Source of the DNA: Squalus acanthias
Taxonomy: Eukaryota
Reading direction: 5' to 3'
Assembly: GCA_030390025.1 (NCBI GenBank)
Contig: CM059425.1
Span: 163,682,001-163,746,000, forward strand
DNA: 64,000 nucleotides
Within the stretch, counting starts at the first letter, position 1, and each line of letters begins with the position of its first letter. The position numbers and the translations under genes are program-made. Positions 63,421 to 64,000 of this stretch are shown here, piece after piece. The notes under the pieces are model-generated. The model was given only the letters and a program-made list of their open reading frames with translations. It did no database searches and was not told the origin of the DNA.

Positions 63421-64000
63421 TAGCGCTAGCGCACGTGCAGGAAACTTGTTACCTTACATAATCCTAGTGTTATACAATAGAGTAGAATTTTTAAAGTTGA
63501 TTATAAATCAGACATGTATAGAAAAAACTGGCTTTTACTGATGCAAAATTGGTAAACATCCACATATATTATGAAAATGTCTTACATTAGATCTATATAC
63601 CAACTGACATAACTGCATTCTTGGAGTACTGAATTTCCTTAGTACCTAAGCATCAATGTAGCTTCTACCTCACTGAACCTACAAAATATCCCTCTAGCCA
63701 ATCTTCTCTCTTTCCTCAAAGCATTAACTTCTTGCTGGGGTATAGGGTATGAAAGGTGCCACATGCCCTCCAGTACATTACCCAAGTAGTCATTACTCAT
63801 ATGCAAGTGACAATAACAGCTTCTGTTAAGATACTCAATGGTATGGGGCATTACAGCCAAGTCTGATCCTGTCCGTGCACAAAGCCCACATACATGCACG
63901 CCCAGCAGGTACCACCGGATAGCAATCAAGAGCAAAAACACTGCTCAATTTTCCTCTCTAATCTGGAGGCACTAAGGCCAATTGTAGAGCCCCTGCCATC

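Overview
Eukaryotic vertebrate genomic DNA, most likely a cartilaginous fish (shark), inferred from the repeat families. The window lies inside one minus-strand gene, ELL2 (RNA polymerase II elongation factor). Four coding exons are visible: 62148-62195, 29970-30091, 27913-28076 and 16864-17123 (48, 122, 164 and 260 nt). All have AG/GT boundaries and join into one open frame. I did not find the first exon or the exon after the 260-nt one, so they probably lie outside the window. The rest is intron rich in mobile elements: many CR1 LINE fragments (one near full length with a nested copy), L2 fragments, Deu-domain tRNA SINEs, Penelope-like fragments, a decayed Harbinger transposase, several MITEs and a probable solo LTR. 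Almost all ORFs in the supplied track are transposon debris or chance frames. The most notable observations are: (1) an ORF1-less endonuclease+RT LINE that begins with a tRNA-Gln-like Pol III head, with a SINE in the same window built from that LINE's two ends; (2) short Penelope-derived, TSD-flanked insertions carrying a minimal hammerhead-ribozyme motif; (3) an ELL2 exon starting with GTAAG, so splicing regenerates a 5' splice site; (4) inverted young CR1 copies flanking a frame-neutral three-exon block; (5) micro-inversions and a foldback junction in CR1 copies. Exon coordinates were read base by base; repeat boundaries are approximate. Family names come from motif recognition and recall, not database searches.
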